Positions 37,805 to 47,953 of a stretch of DNA of 54,121 bases are shown piece by piece. The notes under the pieces were generated by a model. The model worked only from the letters and a program-made list of their open reading frames with translations. It made no database searches and had not been told where the DNA came from. Numbering within the stretch: position 1 is the stretch's first letter; the number at the start of each line of letters is the position of its first letter. The DNA comes from an uncultured Christensenella sp. (GTDB taxonomy: Bacteria > Bacillota > Clostridia > Christensenellales > Christensenellaceae), in NCBI GenBank assembly GCA_964463305.1, contig CAYXBW010000001.1, positions 1-54,121 of the forward strand, in the 5' to 3' direction. Made by a program: the position numbers and the translations under genes.

Positions 37805-38500
37805 CTACACAATTTGTTTCAATCTAAAGTCCATATAATCTGCAGAAACGAGATTGTAATTGACGTCATCCACCTTAATATCAGTCAATCTGGTCTGCCG
37901 CAGCACCTCGCCATGCAGGTGTCCAAACACCACCTCGCTCACACCGTATGCTGAAAGTATATCTGAGATTTCCGTGTGCAAATATTTTTCATATATGGGC
38001 GGAAAGTGCGTCATGGCTATTATTGTTTTTCCCTCATGACGCTTTGCACTGTCAAGCGAAAGCACCAGACGCAGCTTTTCACGCTCATATATCTTCTTGT
38101 CCTCTTCGCTCACTCCCGCGTCCAGCGGCAGCGTCCACCCGCGTGTACCACAAAATACATAATCCCCCACCGCAAGGGAATTATTCTGTATAATGTGTGA
38201 ATCTCCACACAGTATGGAGTTTACCTTGGCCATAGATCCCCACCAGAAGTCGTGGTTTCCGCGCAGCATTATTTTTTTGCCGGGCAGCGCGCCTATGGCC
38301 TCAAGATCGGGAACCGCCTCCTCCAGCCGCATCGCCCAGCTTATATCTCCGGGAATGAGCACCACGTCCCCCTCACTCACCCGCGCATTCCAGTCCGCGC
38401 TTATGCGCTCAAAATGGTTCGCCCAATGACTGCCAAAAACGTCCATCTCCTTGGGCTTATATAGTGAAAGGTGCAAATCGCCAATGGCGAATATTTTCAT
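37805..38500 (-). CDS. Metallophosphoesterase (calcineurin-like) family protein
   Basis: MKIFAIGDLHLS, LIPGDIS, GNHDFWW and GHLHG motifs. The ATG overlaps the engB stop as ATGA, after GGAGGAGG. Confidence 0.8.
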   Translation of the reverse strand: MKIFAIGDLHLSLYKPKEMDVFGSHWANHFERISADWNARVSEGDVVLIPGDISWAMRLEEAVPDLEAIGALPGKKIMLRGNHDFWWGSMAKVNSILCGDSHIIQNNSLAVGDYVFCGTRGWTLPLDAGVSEEDKKIYEREKLRLVLSLDSAKRHEGKTIIAMTHFPPIYEKYLHTEISDILSAYGVSEVVFGHLHGEVLRQTRLTDIKVDDVNYNLVSADYMDFRLKQIV

Positions 38501-39114
38501 ACGCCCTCCTCCAGCCTGCTCCATATATAAGCCAGCACATCTTCGCTGCCGCGCTTCTCAAGGGCGGAAACCCACAAAACCTGAGGCTTCAAATCAAGCC
38601 CCGCCTCTTTCTGTATGTAACGCTCGATACTGCGCGCGTAATTTATCCGCTTGGATTTTGCTATTTTATCAGCCTTGGTGGCCACAATTGCATAAGGCAC
38701 ATCAAAATGGTCTGCCCAGCAAACCATTTGCACATCGTCGGCTGAGGGGTCGTGGCGTATATCCATGAGTATCAGCAGCCCCTTGAGCGTGTCAGCCGTC
38801 TCAAAATACCCCTCCATCATGCTGCCCCAGCTCTCGCGCTCTGCCTTAGACACCCGCGCAAAGCCATAGCCGGGCAAGTCCACAAGATAAAACGCCTCGT
38901 TTATGGTGAAATAGTTTACCAGCCGAGTTTTTCCAGGCTGCTTGCTCACTCGCGCCAGCTTGGAATTGTTTGTAAGGTAATTTATCAGCGAAGATTTTCC
39001 CACGTTGGATTTTCCTGCAACGGCTATCTCCGGCAGGGCAGAATCCGGGTGTTCCGTACCTTTTTTGGCACTGGTATGAAAAACTGCCTTTTTTATCTGC
39101 GGTATATCCATCAT
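38497..39114 (-). CDS. engB: Ribosome biogenesis GTP-binding protein YihA/YsxC (EngB)
   Basis: GKSNVGKSSLIN P-loop, DLPGYG and TKADK motifs. Conserved position after lon. Confidence 0.9.
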   Translation of the reverse strand: MMDIPQIKKAVFHTSAKKGTEHPDSALPEIAVAGKSNVGKSSLINYLTNNSKLARVSKQPGKTRLVNYFTINEAFYLVDLPGYGFARVSKAERESWGSMMEGYFETADTLKGLLILMDIRHDPSADDVQMVCWADHFDVPYAIVATKADKIAKSKRINYARSIERYIQKEAGLDLKPQVLWVSALEKRGSEDVLAYIWSRLEEGV

Positions 39115-41447
39115 TTACCTGCCGCCGGTCTGAGCGCGTGCTTCAATACCTCGTCTGCATTGGTTACGAATATAAACTCAAGCTGCTTCATAACGGAATC
39201 CGGCAGCTCCTCCAAATCGTTTTTGTTGTCCTTGGGCAGCAGTATTGTATGTATGCCCGCCCTCAGCGCCGCAAGCGCCTTTTCCTTTATGCCGCCTATC
39301 TTCAGCACGCGGCCTGTAAGCGTTATCTCACCCGTCATGGCTATATCGCAGCGCACCTTCCTGCCCGTAAGCGCAGAAGCTATTGCCGTAACCATCGTTA
39401 CACCCGCAGACGGCCCGTCCTTTGGTATGGCGCCCTCCGGCACGTGTATATGCAGGTCGGTCTTCTCGTTCACGTCCGTTTCAAAGCCCAGCTTGCCCGC
39501 CATTTCACGCACAACGGAAATAGCCGTCTTTGCAGATTCCTTCATCACGTCTCCAAGCTGTCCGGTAAGCTCCAGCTTGCCGTTGCCCGGCATTATGGAT
39601 GCCTCCACGGGCAGCGTCTGTCCGCCCACCGCAGTCCACGCCAGCCCTGTCACCACACCCACGGTGTCCGTTTTTGTAACGTTCGTTTCGGAACGCTTGG
39701 GCAGACCCAGAAAATCCTTCAAGTTTTGCTTTGTTACAGATATAGAGGTAAGCGTTTCGTCCTCCACAATCTTGGCGGCAGTTTTGCGCATTATTGTTGC
39801 TATCTGCCTTTCCAGGCTCCTCACGCCGCTCTCCGCAGTATAATTGTGTATTATGTCCATTATAACGGCGTCCGTAAGCTTTACCGCCTTGGGCGAAACG
39901 CCGTGCGCCTCCGCCTGCTTCTTTATAAGATGCTTTTTGGCTATATTCAGCTTTTCCACATCCGTGTAACTCTCTATATTTATTATCTCCATGCGGTCAT
40001 AGAGCGGGCCGGGTATGGTTCCGATGTCGTTAGCCGTAGTTATGAACATAACGGAAGACAGATCAAAATCTATATCCAGATAATGATCGCGGAAGGTGCT
40101 GTTTATTTCAGGATCCAAAACTTCCAGCATGGCCGAGGCCGGATCGCCCCTGAAATCACTGGACATCTTGTCTATTTCGTCCAGTAAAAATACCGGGTTC
40201 ATGCTCCCCGCCTGCTTTATGGATGTTATTATCCTGCCGGGTATGGCGCCTATATATGTACGGCGGTGTCCGCGTATCTCCGCTTCGTCCCTCACTCCGC
40301 CCAGCGACATGCGCACGAATTTTTTGCTGAGCGCGCGTGAAACGGACTTTGCTATACTTGTCTTGCCCACTCCGGGAGGGCCGGCAAGGCAGAGTATGGG
40401 TCCCTTCATGTCGTTTTTCAGCTTGCGCACTGCCAAAAACTCTATTATTCTGTCCTTCACCTTATCCAGCCCGAAATGATCCTGATCCAGCACCTTACGC
40501 GCATGCTTAAGATCCATATCATCCTCTGTGGTAACGCCCCAGGGCAGTGACACTATCCAATCCAGATAGTTGTGCAGCACGTTTGTTTCCGGCGAACCGG
40601 GAGACATCCTCGCCATGCGCGAAAGCTCCTTTTCCGCCTTCACGCGCACATCGTCCGGCAGTGGCAGCTCGTCTATCTTTTCCCGAAACTCTTCTATTTC
40701 ATCCAAGTCGCCGTCGCTCTCGCCCAGCTCCTTTTGTATGGCCTTCATCTGCTCCCGCAAAAAATATTCCTTTTGGGATTTATCTATCTGCTGCTTTACG
40801 CTAACTGCCAGCTCTTTATCTATCTCAAGTATCTCAATTTCCTTCTCTAGGATCTCCTGCACCGCCTTGAGCCGCTCCAGCTCGTCCACGCAATCCAGCA
40901 CCCGCTGCTTGTCATCCAGCTTTATTGCCACGTTGGAAGCCACCATATCGGCAAACTTGCCCGCGTCCTCTATTTCGTTTACAGTAAAAAGCGTCTCCGC
41001 GGGTATGCGCGCACCCAGCGAGGCAAAGCGCTCAAAAAGCTTTCCTATGCGGCGCATGTATACCTCTTTCATAACCGCGCGGCCGGGCTTTTCCTCCTCG
41101 TCCATAAACACCTGCACCACCGCCTCTATGTAAGGCTCGGTGGAAGCGTATGTCATCAGCTTTCCCCTGCGCGTCCCTTCCACCAGCACACGCATTATAT
41201 CACCCGGCAGCTTCAAAACCTGCTTCACCTTGGCCACCGTTCCTATTTCATGTATATCTGTCTTTTCCGGCTTTTCCACACGCACATCGCGCTGCGCCGC
41301 CAAGAATATCTCCTTGCCCTGCACCATACACTCTTCCACCGCGGCAACGGACATATCCCTCCCCACGTCAAAATGCAGAACCATATATGGGAAAACCACC
41401 AGTCCCCGTAACGCCACCATAGGCATTGTCTGTAAATTCTTTTTCAA
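39111..41447 (-). CDS. lon: ATP-dependent protease Lon (LonA)
   Basis: N-domain, AAA+ GPPGVGKTS, and the protease Ser-Lys dyad region DGPSAG...GGIKEK. Confidence 0.95.
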   Translation of the reverse strand: MKKNLQTMPMVALRGLVVFPYMVLHFDVGRDMSVAAVEECMVQGKEIFLAAQRDVRVEKPEKTDIHEIGTVAKVKQVLKLPGDIMRVLVEGTRRGKLMTYASTEPYIEAVVQVFMDEEEKPGRAVMKEVYMRRIGKLFERFASLGARIPAETLFTVNEIEDAGKFADMVASNVAIKLDDKQRVLDCVDELERLKAVQEILEKEIEILEIDKELAVSVKQQIDKSQKEYFLREQMKAIQKELGESDGDLDEIEEFREKIDELPLPDDVRVKAEKELSRMARMSPGSPETNVLHNYLDWIVSLPWGVTTEDDMDLKHARKVLDQDHFGLDKVKDRIIEFLAVRKLKNDMKGPILCLAGPPGVGKTSIAKSVSRALSKKFVRMSLGGVRDEAEIRGHRRTYIGAIPGRIITSIKQAGSMNPVFLLDEIDKMSSDFRGDPASAMLEVLDPEINSTFRDHYLDIDFDLSSVMFITTANDIGTIPGPLYDRMEIINIESYTDVEKLNIAKKHLIKKQAEAHGVSPKAVKLTDAVIMDIIHNYTAESGVRSLERQIATIMRKTAAKIVEDETLTSISVTKQNLKDFLGLPKRSETNVTKTDTVGVVTGLAWTAVGGQTLPVEASIMPGNGKLELTGQLGDVMKESAKTAISVVREMAGKLGFETDVNEKTDLHIHVPEGAIPKDGPSAGVTMVTAIASALTGRKVRCDIAMTGEITLTGRVLKIGGIKEKALAALRAGIHTILLPKDNKNDLEELPDSVMKQLEFIFVTNADEVLKHALRPAAGK

Positions 41448-41639
41448 TCTGCCTTACCTCATGCTCTCAGAGCGACTTCGTTTATTGCTGCCAGTCTTTC
41501 TATTCGTTGTCTAAAACCTCAGCTACAGCAAACCGCTTTGCTCTGTGTATATTTTGCGGCCTATATAGGTCGCCCAACACTTCAAGTATACATTTTTATG
41601 GCAAAACGCGCAATACAAAAGCGTTGGCGCGCTCCTCAT

Positions 41640-41676
41640 ACAAAACGCGCAGCGTGTACAAAACCCGCTGCGCGTA
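41640..41676 (-). terminator. Hairpin/terminator after clpX
   Basis: ACGCGCAGCG-loop-CGCTGCGCGT, a 10-bp stem, followed by TTTTG on the minus strand. Confidence 0.65.
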
Positions 41677-41690
41677 TAGTGTTCTTCTCT

Positions 41691-42983
41691 TTAAGAAGCG
41701 CTCGCCTCTTCACGCGTAGGCTGCTTCTTTCCGGGCTTTTCCTTCTCTTTTTCTCCCACCACCAGCATAGGCTTTTTGTTCTTTATGGTGTCCTTAGTGA
41801 CCACGCACTTCAAAACGTCCTCACGCGAGGGCAGTTCATACATTATATCCATCATAGAGCTTTCTATTATACTTCTCAGACCGCGCGCGCCGGTTTCGTT
41901 CTTTATGGCCATTTTTGCCACCTCAGTAAGCGCATCGTCCTCAAACTCAAGCTCCACACCGTCTATGGCAAACAGCTTTTTAAACTGCTTTGTTATGGCG
42001 TTCTTGGGCTTTTTGAGTATATCCACAAGCGCCTTTTCATCCAGCGAATGCAGGCTCACCACAACGGGAAGCCTACCCACAAACTCAGGTATCAGCCCGT
42101 ATTTGAGCAGATCCTCGGCACGCACATGCGAAAGCGTCTCGCCTATGTCGCTTTCCTTTTTGCTTTTTATCTCCGCACCGAAGCCCATATTTTTTTTGTT
42201 GGTACGGCTTTCTATTATTTTATCCAGCCCGCCAAAGGCTCCGCCGCAAATAAACAGTATGTTCGTAGTATCTATTTGCAGGAAATCCTGATGCGGGTGC
42301 TTTCTTCCGCCCTGAGGCGGCACGCTTGCCACCGTACCCTCAAGTATCTTCAACAGCGCCTGCTGCACGCCCTCACCGGAAACGTCCCTCGTTATGGAGG
42401 CATTGTCGCTCTTGCGCGTTATCTTGTCTATTTCGTCCACATATATTATGCCCTTTTGCGCACGCTCAATGTCAAAATCCGCCGCCTGAATAAGCTTTAG
42501 CAGTATATTTTCCACATCCTCGCCCACATAGCCCGCCTCTGTAAGAGAGGTGGCGTCCGCCATGGCAAAGGGCACGTTCAGTATGCGCGCCAGCGTTTGC
42601 GCCAGCAGCGTTTTGCCGCTGCCCGTGGGGCCAAGCATAAGTATATTGCTCTTCTGTATCTCCGTATCATCCTCTGTCATGTTATCCGCGTTGATTCTTT
42701 TATAATGATTGTATACGGCGACCGCCAAATTTTTCTTGGCGTTTTGCTGACCTATCACATACTGGTTCAGTATGCGAACCATCTCAGCCGGCTTGGGAAA
42801 ATCCTTGAGCTCGAAATCCTTTTCTTCCTTGAATTCCTCTTCAATTATTTCTCCGCACAGGTCTACGCACTCGTCACAGATATAAACTCCAGGCCCGGCG
42901 ATAAGTTTTTTCACCTGTTCCTGAGATTTTCCGCAAAAAGAGCAGCGTACCTGTTTTACACCATCGTCATAATTATTGTACAT
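41691..42983 (-). CDS. clpX: ATP-dependent Clp protease ATP-binding subunit ClpX
   Basis: N-terminal zinc finger CSFCGK...[13 protein letters not shown], and an IGF-type loop (GFGA). Confidence 0.97.
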   Translation of the reverse strand: MYNNYDDGVKQVRCSFCGKSQEQVKKLIAGPGVYICDECVDLCGEIIEEEFKEEKDFELKDFPKPAEMVRILNQYVIGQQNAKKNLAVAVYNHYKRINADNMTEDDTEIQKSNILMLGPTGSGKTLLAQTLARILNVPFAMADATSLTEAGYVGEDVENILLKLIQAADFDIERAQKGIIYVDEIDKITRKSDNASITRDVSGEGVQQALLKILEGTVASVPPQGGRKHPHQDFLQIDTTNILFICGGAFGGLDKIIESRTNKKNMGFGAEIKSKKESDIGETLSHVRAEDLLKYGLIPEFVGRLPVVVSLHSLDEKALVDILKKPKNAITKQFKKLFAIDGVELEFEDDALTEVAKMAIKNETGARGLRSIIESSMMDIMYELPSREDVLKCVVTKDTIKNKKPMLVVGEKEKEKPGKKQPTREEASAS

Positions 42984-43060
42984 TTACACATTGCCTTTCT
43001 ACCCACATTTTTTCTGTATGGCAGTTTTACACAAAGTGTATATTTGCTATACGGGTCATT

Positions 43061-43198
43061 TGGCGTGGCTGCCGCACCAGCGGCTAACGCCATTACCAAT
43101 AAGATAGTATATAGCATTTAATGCTATATACACTACTAGCCTTGCGTGGGCTTGCAAGGCTAATAGTAGCTGAAAAAGGGGTATATTTCCACTTTTTC
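43061..43198. other. Cluster of four consecutive hairpins/palindromes in the clpP-clpX spacer
   Basis: Hairpins at 43061-43092 (TGGCGT...ACGCCA), 43133-43169 (CTACTAGCCTTGC...GCAAGGCTAATAGTAG) and 43172-43198 (GAAAAAG...CTTTTTC), plus a perfect 12+1+12 palindrome at 43107-43131 (GTATATAGCATT T AATGCTATATAC). Confidence 0.6.
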
Positions 43199-43217
43199 AC
43201 CGTTATATTTCGTGACA

Positions 43218-43808
43218 TTATTTATTGTTTGGCGGTATTATCTCGTCTATAATGCCATACTTCAGCGCATCCTCCGCCGACATGAAATAGTCTCGTTCCA
43301 CGTCATTTTTGATTTTTTCCATGTCCTGCCCGGTGCGCTCGCTCAATATGCGGTTCATCTTGTCCTTTATGTCAAGAATCCTTTGAGCGTGTATTGCTAT
43401 ATCCGTAGCTTGTCCCTGCGTGCCTCCCAGCGGCTGATGTATCATTATCTCGCTGTTTGGCAAAGACTTTCTCTTGCCCTTCGCTCCCGCCGCCAGCAGG
43501 AACGACCCCATGGATGCCGCCATTCCTATGCAAATGGTGGAAACGTCACATTTTATGTACTGCATGGTGTCAAATATCGCCATGCCCGCCGTTATAGAAC
43601 CACCGGGGCTGTTTATGTACAGGAATATATCCTTATCCGGGTCTTCCGCTTCCAAAAAAATCATCTGCGCAACCACAAGGTCTGCCGAAACATCGTTTAC
43701 CTCGCCCGTCAAAAATATTATCCTATCCTTCAGCAGTCTGGAAAAAATATCGTAAGACCGCTCTCCCCTGCTTGTTTGCTCCACGACCATTGGTACTAAG
43801 CTGCTCAT
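43218..43808 (-). CDS. clpP: ATP-dependent Clp protease proteolytic subunit ClpP
   Basis: Catalytic triad context GMAASMG, MIHQP and the ERD region. Confidence 0.97.
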   Translation of the reverse strand: MSSLVPMVVEQTSRGERSYDIFSRLLKDRIIFLTGEVNDVSADLVVAQMIFLEAEDPDKDIFLYINSPGGSITAGMAIFDTMQYIKCDVSTICIGMAASMGSFLLAAGAKGKRKSLPNSEIMIHQPLGGTQGQATDIAIHAQRILDIKDKMNRILSERTGQDMEKIKNDVERDYFMSAEDALKYGIIDEIIPPNNK

Positions 43809-43849
43809 ATAAAACTCCTTACCCGGCGGCCGGCTTTATCTAAAAAGAA

Positions 43850-45310
43850 TTACTCTTTCGCCTCTTCCGGCTCTTCCGTATCTTTATCTTTTTTATCATC
43901 GGCCTTGCTTTCAGCCTTGGCTTTAGCCGCCTTTGTTTTCTTTGTCTTTTTTTCTTCTTTGACCGATTCTTCGGTCGGCTCGTCCTTTTTAGCGGCTTCC
44001 TTATAGTATTCTTCCGCGTCAACTTCCTCTATTTTCGCCTTGCTGTTGAGGTAGTCGAATACGCGCTCCATAGCCACTCTGTCTTTAAAATAATCCAGCT
44101 CCTGGCTGCCCATCATATTTTTGTATTCCTGAACCGTTTTGCCCGCTTCTTCGGCAAGCTCTGCCAGCCTGGCTTCCGCTTCCTCATCCGTAGGCTCTAT
44201 CTTTAGCTCCTTTATAAGCTCTTCCACCGCCAGGCGCATACGCACCTGCTGTGATGATGTGAAACGGTAGGTTTCCCTTAGCTCGTCCATAGTCTGACCG
44301 GAATACTGCAGGTAATCCTCCAGCTTTAGCCCGGAATACATCATTTGATAGGACAGCTGCTGCAGCTGATAATCTATCTCGTTATCTATCATAACGTCGG
44401 GTATTTCCATTGTGGCGTCCTTGGCCAGCGTTTCTAAAAGCTGGTTTTCAACAGCCACGCGGGAACGATCCTCCGCCTGCTTTGTGAGACGCTTTTTAAC
44501 GTCTTCCTTATACTCAGCCATCGTTTCAAATTCCGAAACGTCCGCCGCAAAATCATCGTCAAGCTCCGGCAGCTCCTTGCCCTTCACCTCGTTCAGCTTT
44601 ATGGCAAAAACAGCGTCCTTGCCGGCCAGCTCCGGCGCATAATCCTCCGGGAACTTAACGTTTATGTCCTTTTCCTCGTCCTTTTTCATGCCGATGATCT
44701 GTTCTTCAAATCCCGGTATGAAACGTTTTGAACCTATAACAAGAGACTGGCCCTCGGCCGTGCCGCCTTCAAATTTTTCTCCGTCCACACTGCCCGAATA
44801 GTCTATCACCACGGTGTCGCCATCGGCAGCCGCGCGGTCTGCATCCACCCAGCGAACGTTCTGCTCGCGTGTGCGCTCAATTTCTGCGTCCACATCGGCA
44901 TCGGTCACCACGGGAATGGGTTTCTTTACATTTATACCCTCATACTTGCCCAGCTTAACCTCCGGCTTGAGATATACCTCCGCCGAAAACTCTACGCCCT
45001 CTTCTTGCCCTATCTTTGTTATATCCACATTCTCCGGACGTGAAACCACCTCCAGCTTGTGCTCTTCAACAGCTTCCCTGTAAGCGTCCGGGAAAACTTC
45101 CTCAAAAGCATCCTCATAAAAAAGCTGCGCGCCGCCGTAGAAATTTTCCACCATTTTGCGCGGTGCCTTACCCTTTCTAAATCCGGGAATATTGAACTTG
45201 CCCCTCTGCTTTTGAAACGCTTTGTTTATGCCCTCTTCAAACTGCTCTGCAGACACGCTTATATCCAACTTAACCTTATTCGTGTCTATTTTTTCCAACT
45301 TTGACGCCAT
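43850..45310 (-). CDS. tig: Trigger factor
   Basis: GFRKGKAP ribosome-binding motif, FKBP-type PPIase domain, and a K/E-rich C-terminal tail. AGGAGGA RBS. Confidence 0.93.
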   Translation of the reverse strand: MASKLEKIDTNKVKLDISVSAEQFEEGINKAFQKQRGKFNIPGFRKGKAPRKMVENFYGGAQLFYEDAFEEVFPDAYREAVEEHKLEVVSRPENVDITKIGQEEGVEFSAEVYLKPEVKLGKYEGINVKKPIPVVTDADVDAEIERTREQNVRWVDADRAAADGDTVVIDYSGSVDGEKFEGGTAEGQSLVIGSKRFIPGFEEQIIGMKKDEEKDINVKFPEDYAPELAGKDAVFAIKLNEVKGKELPELDDDFAADVSEFETMAEYKEDVKKRLTKQAEDRSRVAVENQLLETLAKDATMEIPDVMIDNEIDYQLQQLSYQMMYSGLKLEDYLQYSGQTMDELRETYRFTSSQQVRMRLAVEELIKELKIEPTDEEAEARLAELAEEAGKTVQEYKNMMGSQELDYFKDRVAMERVFDYLNSKAKIEEVDAEEYYKEAAKKDEPTEESVKEEKKTKKTKAAKAKAESKADDKKDKDTEEPEEAKE

Positions 45311-45342
45311 ACCGGTCCTCCTGACAACAACTTGATTTTATT

Positions 45343-45387
45343 GCAGTTTATCAAATGCTTGCGCATGCAATATTTGATATAAACTGC
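45343..45387. other. 14-bp-arm inverted repeat in the tig leader
   Basis: GCAGTTTATCAAAT-15 nt-ATTTGATATAAACTGC with a 2-nt bulge, lying 33-77 nt upstream of the tig ATG. Confidence 0.55.
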
Positions 45388-45458
45388 TATGCAGCACACT
45401 TTAATGTATCTGCGCTATGCGCCATGTTTCATTAATCTGCTGTAAGCGATACTTGTTT

Positions 45459-45487
45459 ATTATAGCCTATGTACACTGCTCAAGCAA
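45459..45487 (-). promoter_or_regulatory. Sigma-70-type promoter candidate for tig
   Basis: The minus strand reads TTGCTT-17 nt-TATAAT, implying a leader of about 140 nt. Confidence 0.5.
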
Positions 45488-45553
45488 GGAAATTTAACAT
45501 TTTATACACACAATTTGCTGCTATAAAACTATTCTGTCTCCGCATACATAAAT

Positions 45554-47317
45554 TTACTCGGGAATCAGCTTCTTTTTCCCCCGCCCAATAAGGTCCTGCC
45601 TGCCCGCCAGCACGAGCGCCTTTTTTACCGCGCCTCGGTTCTTGCTTTCGCGATACTGTATTAGCGATCGCTGCATCGCTTTTCTATCCGGCTGCTTTTC
45701 CACATATACCACTTTACCCGTAATGGGATCAAAGCCCGTGTAGTATATACAGGTGGAAAGCGTACCCGGCGTGGGGTAAAAATCCTGCGCCTGCTCCGGC
45801 ATAAAGCCGCAATCCCTCACGTATTCCGCCAGCCGCACCGCGTCTCCCATTTCGCAGCCGGGGTGTGAAGACATAAAATACGGCAATATATACTGCACCT
45901 TCCCCGCTTTTTTACTGGCCGCATCAAAGCGCTGGCAAAAGCGTTCATACTGCTCTATATCCGGCTTTCCCATACGGCGCAGCACGTCAGAGCACACATG
46001 CTCCGGCGCGAGGCGCAGCTGCCCGCTAACATAGTGCTTAGCCAGCTCACGTATGAAATTCCCGTCTTTTTCCATCAGCGCAAGATCGTGCCGTATACCG
46101 GAGCGTATAAATACCCGCTTAACCGCAGGCAGCTCACGCAGCTTTTTTAGCAAACTGGTATAGGCCGCATGGTTTTCCCTCAGAAATCTGCACGGCTTGG
46201 GCGTTAGGCAGCGGCGGGAATAGCAGCGTCCGGCAGGGTTTGCACAATAAAGGCCATACATATTTGCCGTGGGGCCGCCCACATCATGTATGTTGCCTTT
46301 AAAATCTTTCTCGTGCGCAAAGGTCTCCGCTTCCTCCAGCACACTTTTCTCACTTCGTGATACTATGCTTTTTCCCTGATGATAATACAGCGCGCAAAAG
46401 CTGCATGCTCCCACGCAGCCACGCACCGCGGTTATACTGTATTTTATCTCTTCCAAAGCAGGCACTGGCTTTTCATAGGATGGATGCGCCGCACGCATGT
46501 ATGGCAGGCTGTACACAAAATCCAGCTCCTCTGTAGAAAGCGGCTCTGCGGGCGGGTTTTGCACTATGTAGCAGCTCTTATGCGCCTGCACCAGCACGGC
46601 GGAGCGCTCATGCATCTGCTTTAAAAAGGCTTCAGAATAGCTTTTTTTATCGCCAACCACCTTATTTTCGCTTGGTATCTCCACATAGTCATACACCCGT
46701 TCCAGATCCGGCGCTTTGTACACCGTTCCCTTTACATAGCTTATATCAGATACGGCAATGCCTCCGTCCAGCGCCTCTGCCACCTCAAGAATGGGTCTCT
46801 CGCCCATGCCGTATATCAAAAGATCTGCCCCGCTGGATGCCAGTATGGAGGGCAGCACTTTGTTGTCCCAATAATCATAGTGGGCAAAACGCCGCAAACT
46901 GGCCTCAATACCCCCTATCACCACGGGTACATCGCCATAGGCCTCGCGTATCATTTTTGTGTATACCTGTGTACTGCGCGCAGGCCGCCTGCCCGCTTTT
47001 CCGCCCGGAGAAAACATATCCCGCGCCCGCCGTTTCTTGTTTACGGTAAATATATTCACCATGCTGTCCATGTTTCCCGCGCTTATTAGAAAGGCCAGCC
47101 GCGGTCTGCCCAGCGCCTTTACGGCTCCGGCATTTCGCCAATCCGGTTGAGATATTATTCCCACGCTGTAGCCATGCGCCACTAAATAGCGCGAGATAAC
47201 GGCGTGCGCAAAAGAGGGGTGATCCACATAGGCATCGCCCGTTATTAGCACAAAATCAATCTCCGCAACCCCCCGCTGCTTCAGCTCTTTTTTAGTTGTA
47301 GGTAAAAATCCGTCCAT
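45554..47317 (-). CDS. ygiQ: YgiQ family radical SAM protein (UPF0313)
   Basis: N-terminal ITGDAYVDHPSF, typical of YgiQ, and a radical SAM cluster CVGACSFCAL. Confidence 0.85.
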   Translation of the reverse strand: MDGFLPTTKKELKQRGVAEIDFVLITGDAYVDHPSFAHAVISRYLVAHGYSVGIISQPDWRNAGAVKALGRPRLAFLISAGNMDSMVNIFTVNKKRRARDMFSPGGKAGRRPARSTQVYTKMIREAYGDVPVVIGGIEASLRRFAHYDYWDNKVLPSILASSGADLLIYGMGERPILEVAEALDGGIAVSDISYVKGTVYKAPDLERVYDYVEIPSENKVVGDKKSYSEAFLKQMHERSAVLVQAHKSCYIVQNPPAEPLSTEELDFVYSLPYMRAAHPSYEKPVPALEEIKYSITAVRGCVGACSFCALYYHQGKSIVSRSEKSVLEEAETFAHEKDFKGNIHDVGGPTANMYGLYCANPAGRCYSRRCLTPKPCRFLRENHAAYTSLLKKLRELPAVKRVFIRSGIRHDLALMEKDGNFIRELAKHYVSGQLRLAPEHVCSDVLRRMGKPDIEQYERFCQRFDAASKKAGKVQYILPYFMSSHPGCEMGDAVRLAEYVRDCGFMPEQAQDFYPTPGTLSTCIYYTGFDPITGKVVYVEKQPDRKAMQRSLIQYRESKNRGAVKKALVLAGRQDLIGRGKKKLIPE

Positions 47318-47526
47318 AAAATCCTTTCGAAAAATTTAGAATCTATCTATACATAGCGCATAATACGCCCCCGCATTGTATGCGCTCCATAATTCCCACC
47401 ACGGAAAGCAATACTTTGAGATTAAAACCCTAGGAACATTCAGCGCAGCTCTTTGGAGCAATGAATTAGCGCGCCTCCTCTAAATACACCGCTGCTCAAT
47501 CTAAAAACCGTGCATATCTCTCCCAC

Positions 47527-47556
47527 AAAAAAACGCCCATTGCAGGCGTTTTTGAT
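47527..47556 (-). terminator. Terminator following rnpB
   Basis: AACGCC-loop-GGCGTT followed by TTTTTTT on the minus strand. Confidence 0.7.
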
Positions 47557-47569
47557 CAAAATATGTTTC

Positions 47570-47922
47570 AAGCCAGGCCTGTAAGCCGAGTTCTGTAAAT
47601 GATGGCCATCTATCTCGCCCCGATGTCGCCAAACGGGTTCATGCGATTACAAGGGGCTTAGCGGGCCGCTATTTTGGCATTGCTGCCGTTGCCCCCCATT
47701 CAATCTTGCACCGGACGGGGTTTACATAGCGCAGGGCGTTACCGTCCTGCCGGTGAGCTCTTACCTCCCCATTTCAACCTTACCCTGCCAAAAAGGCAGG
47801 GCGGTGTATTTCTGTTGCACTTTCCTTGGAGTCGCCTCCACCGGGTGTTACCCGGCGCCCTTGCCCTGCGGAGCTCGGACTTTCCTCACGCCGCGAGGGC
47901 GCGCAGCCATCCGGCCTGCTTA
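47570..47922 (-). ncRNA. rnpB: RNase P RNA, bacterial type A
   Basis: The minus strand contains GAGGAAAGTCCGAGCTCC (P4 5' strand), GGGTAACACCCGG, GTGCAACAGAAA, GGTAAGAGCTCACC and ACAGAACTCGGCTTACAG (P4 3' strand). P1 pairs AAGCAGGCC with GGCCTGGCTT. End positions are accurate to about 5 nt. Confidence 0.9.
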
Positions 47923-47953
47923 AAACAAAACTTTATAACATATTATATCGCGG

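Noticed and set aside
41448-41690. A search for CtsR boxes (GGTCAAA direct repeat) or CIRCE upstream of lon, clpP and clpX. This also noted three ACAAAA-plus-GC-rich units after clpX.
   Set aside because: No GGTCAAA-N3-GGTCAAA or TTAGCACTC motif is present. The ACAAAA units are parts of one or two terminator-like hairpins rather than a distinct repeat system.
43840-44022. A 60-aa extremely basic ORF (K/R-rich) on the minus strand.
   Set aside because: It is an alternative frame of the Lys/Glu-rich C-terminal tail of trigger factor, and the AAG/GAA repeats read as K/R in the other frame. It has no independent start signals.
43850-44030. Low-complexity charged or Ala-rich extensions on many housekeeping proteins: the Tig C-tail, the FtsQ GDQP tail, the GrpE N-terminus, the SBP linker and the DnaK tail.
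   Set aside because: This is a compositional, lineage-typical feature and not evidence of a specific system. Only the ComFB case is reported separately.
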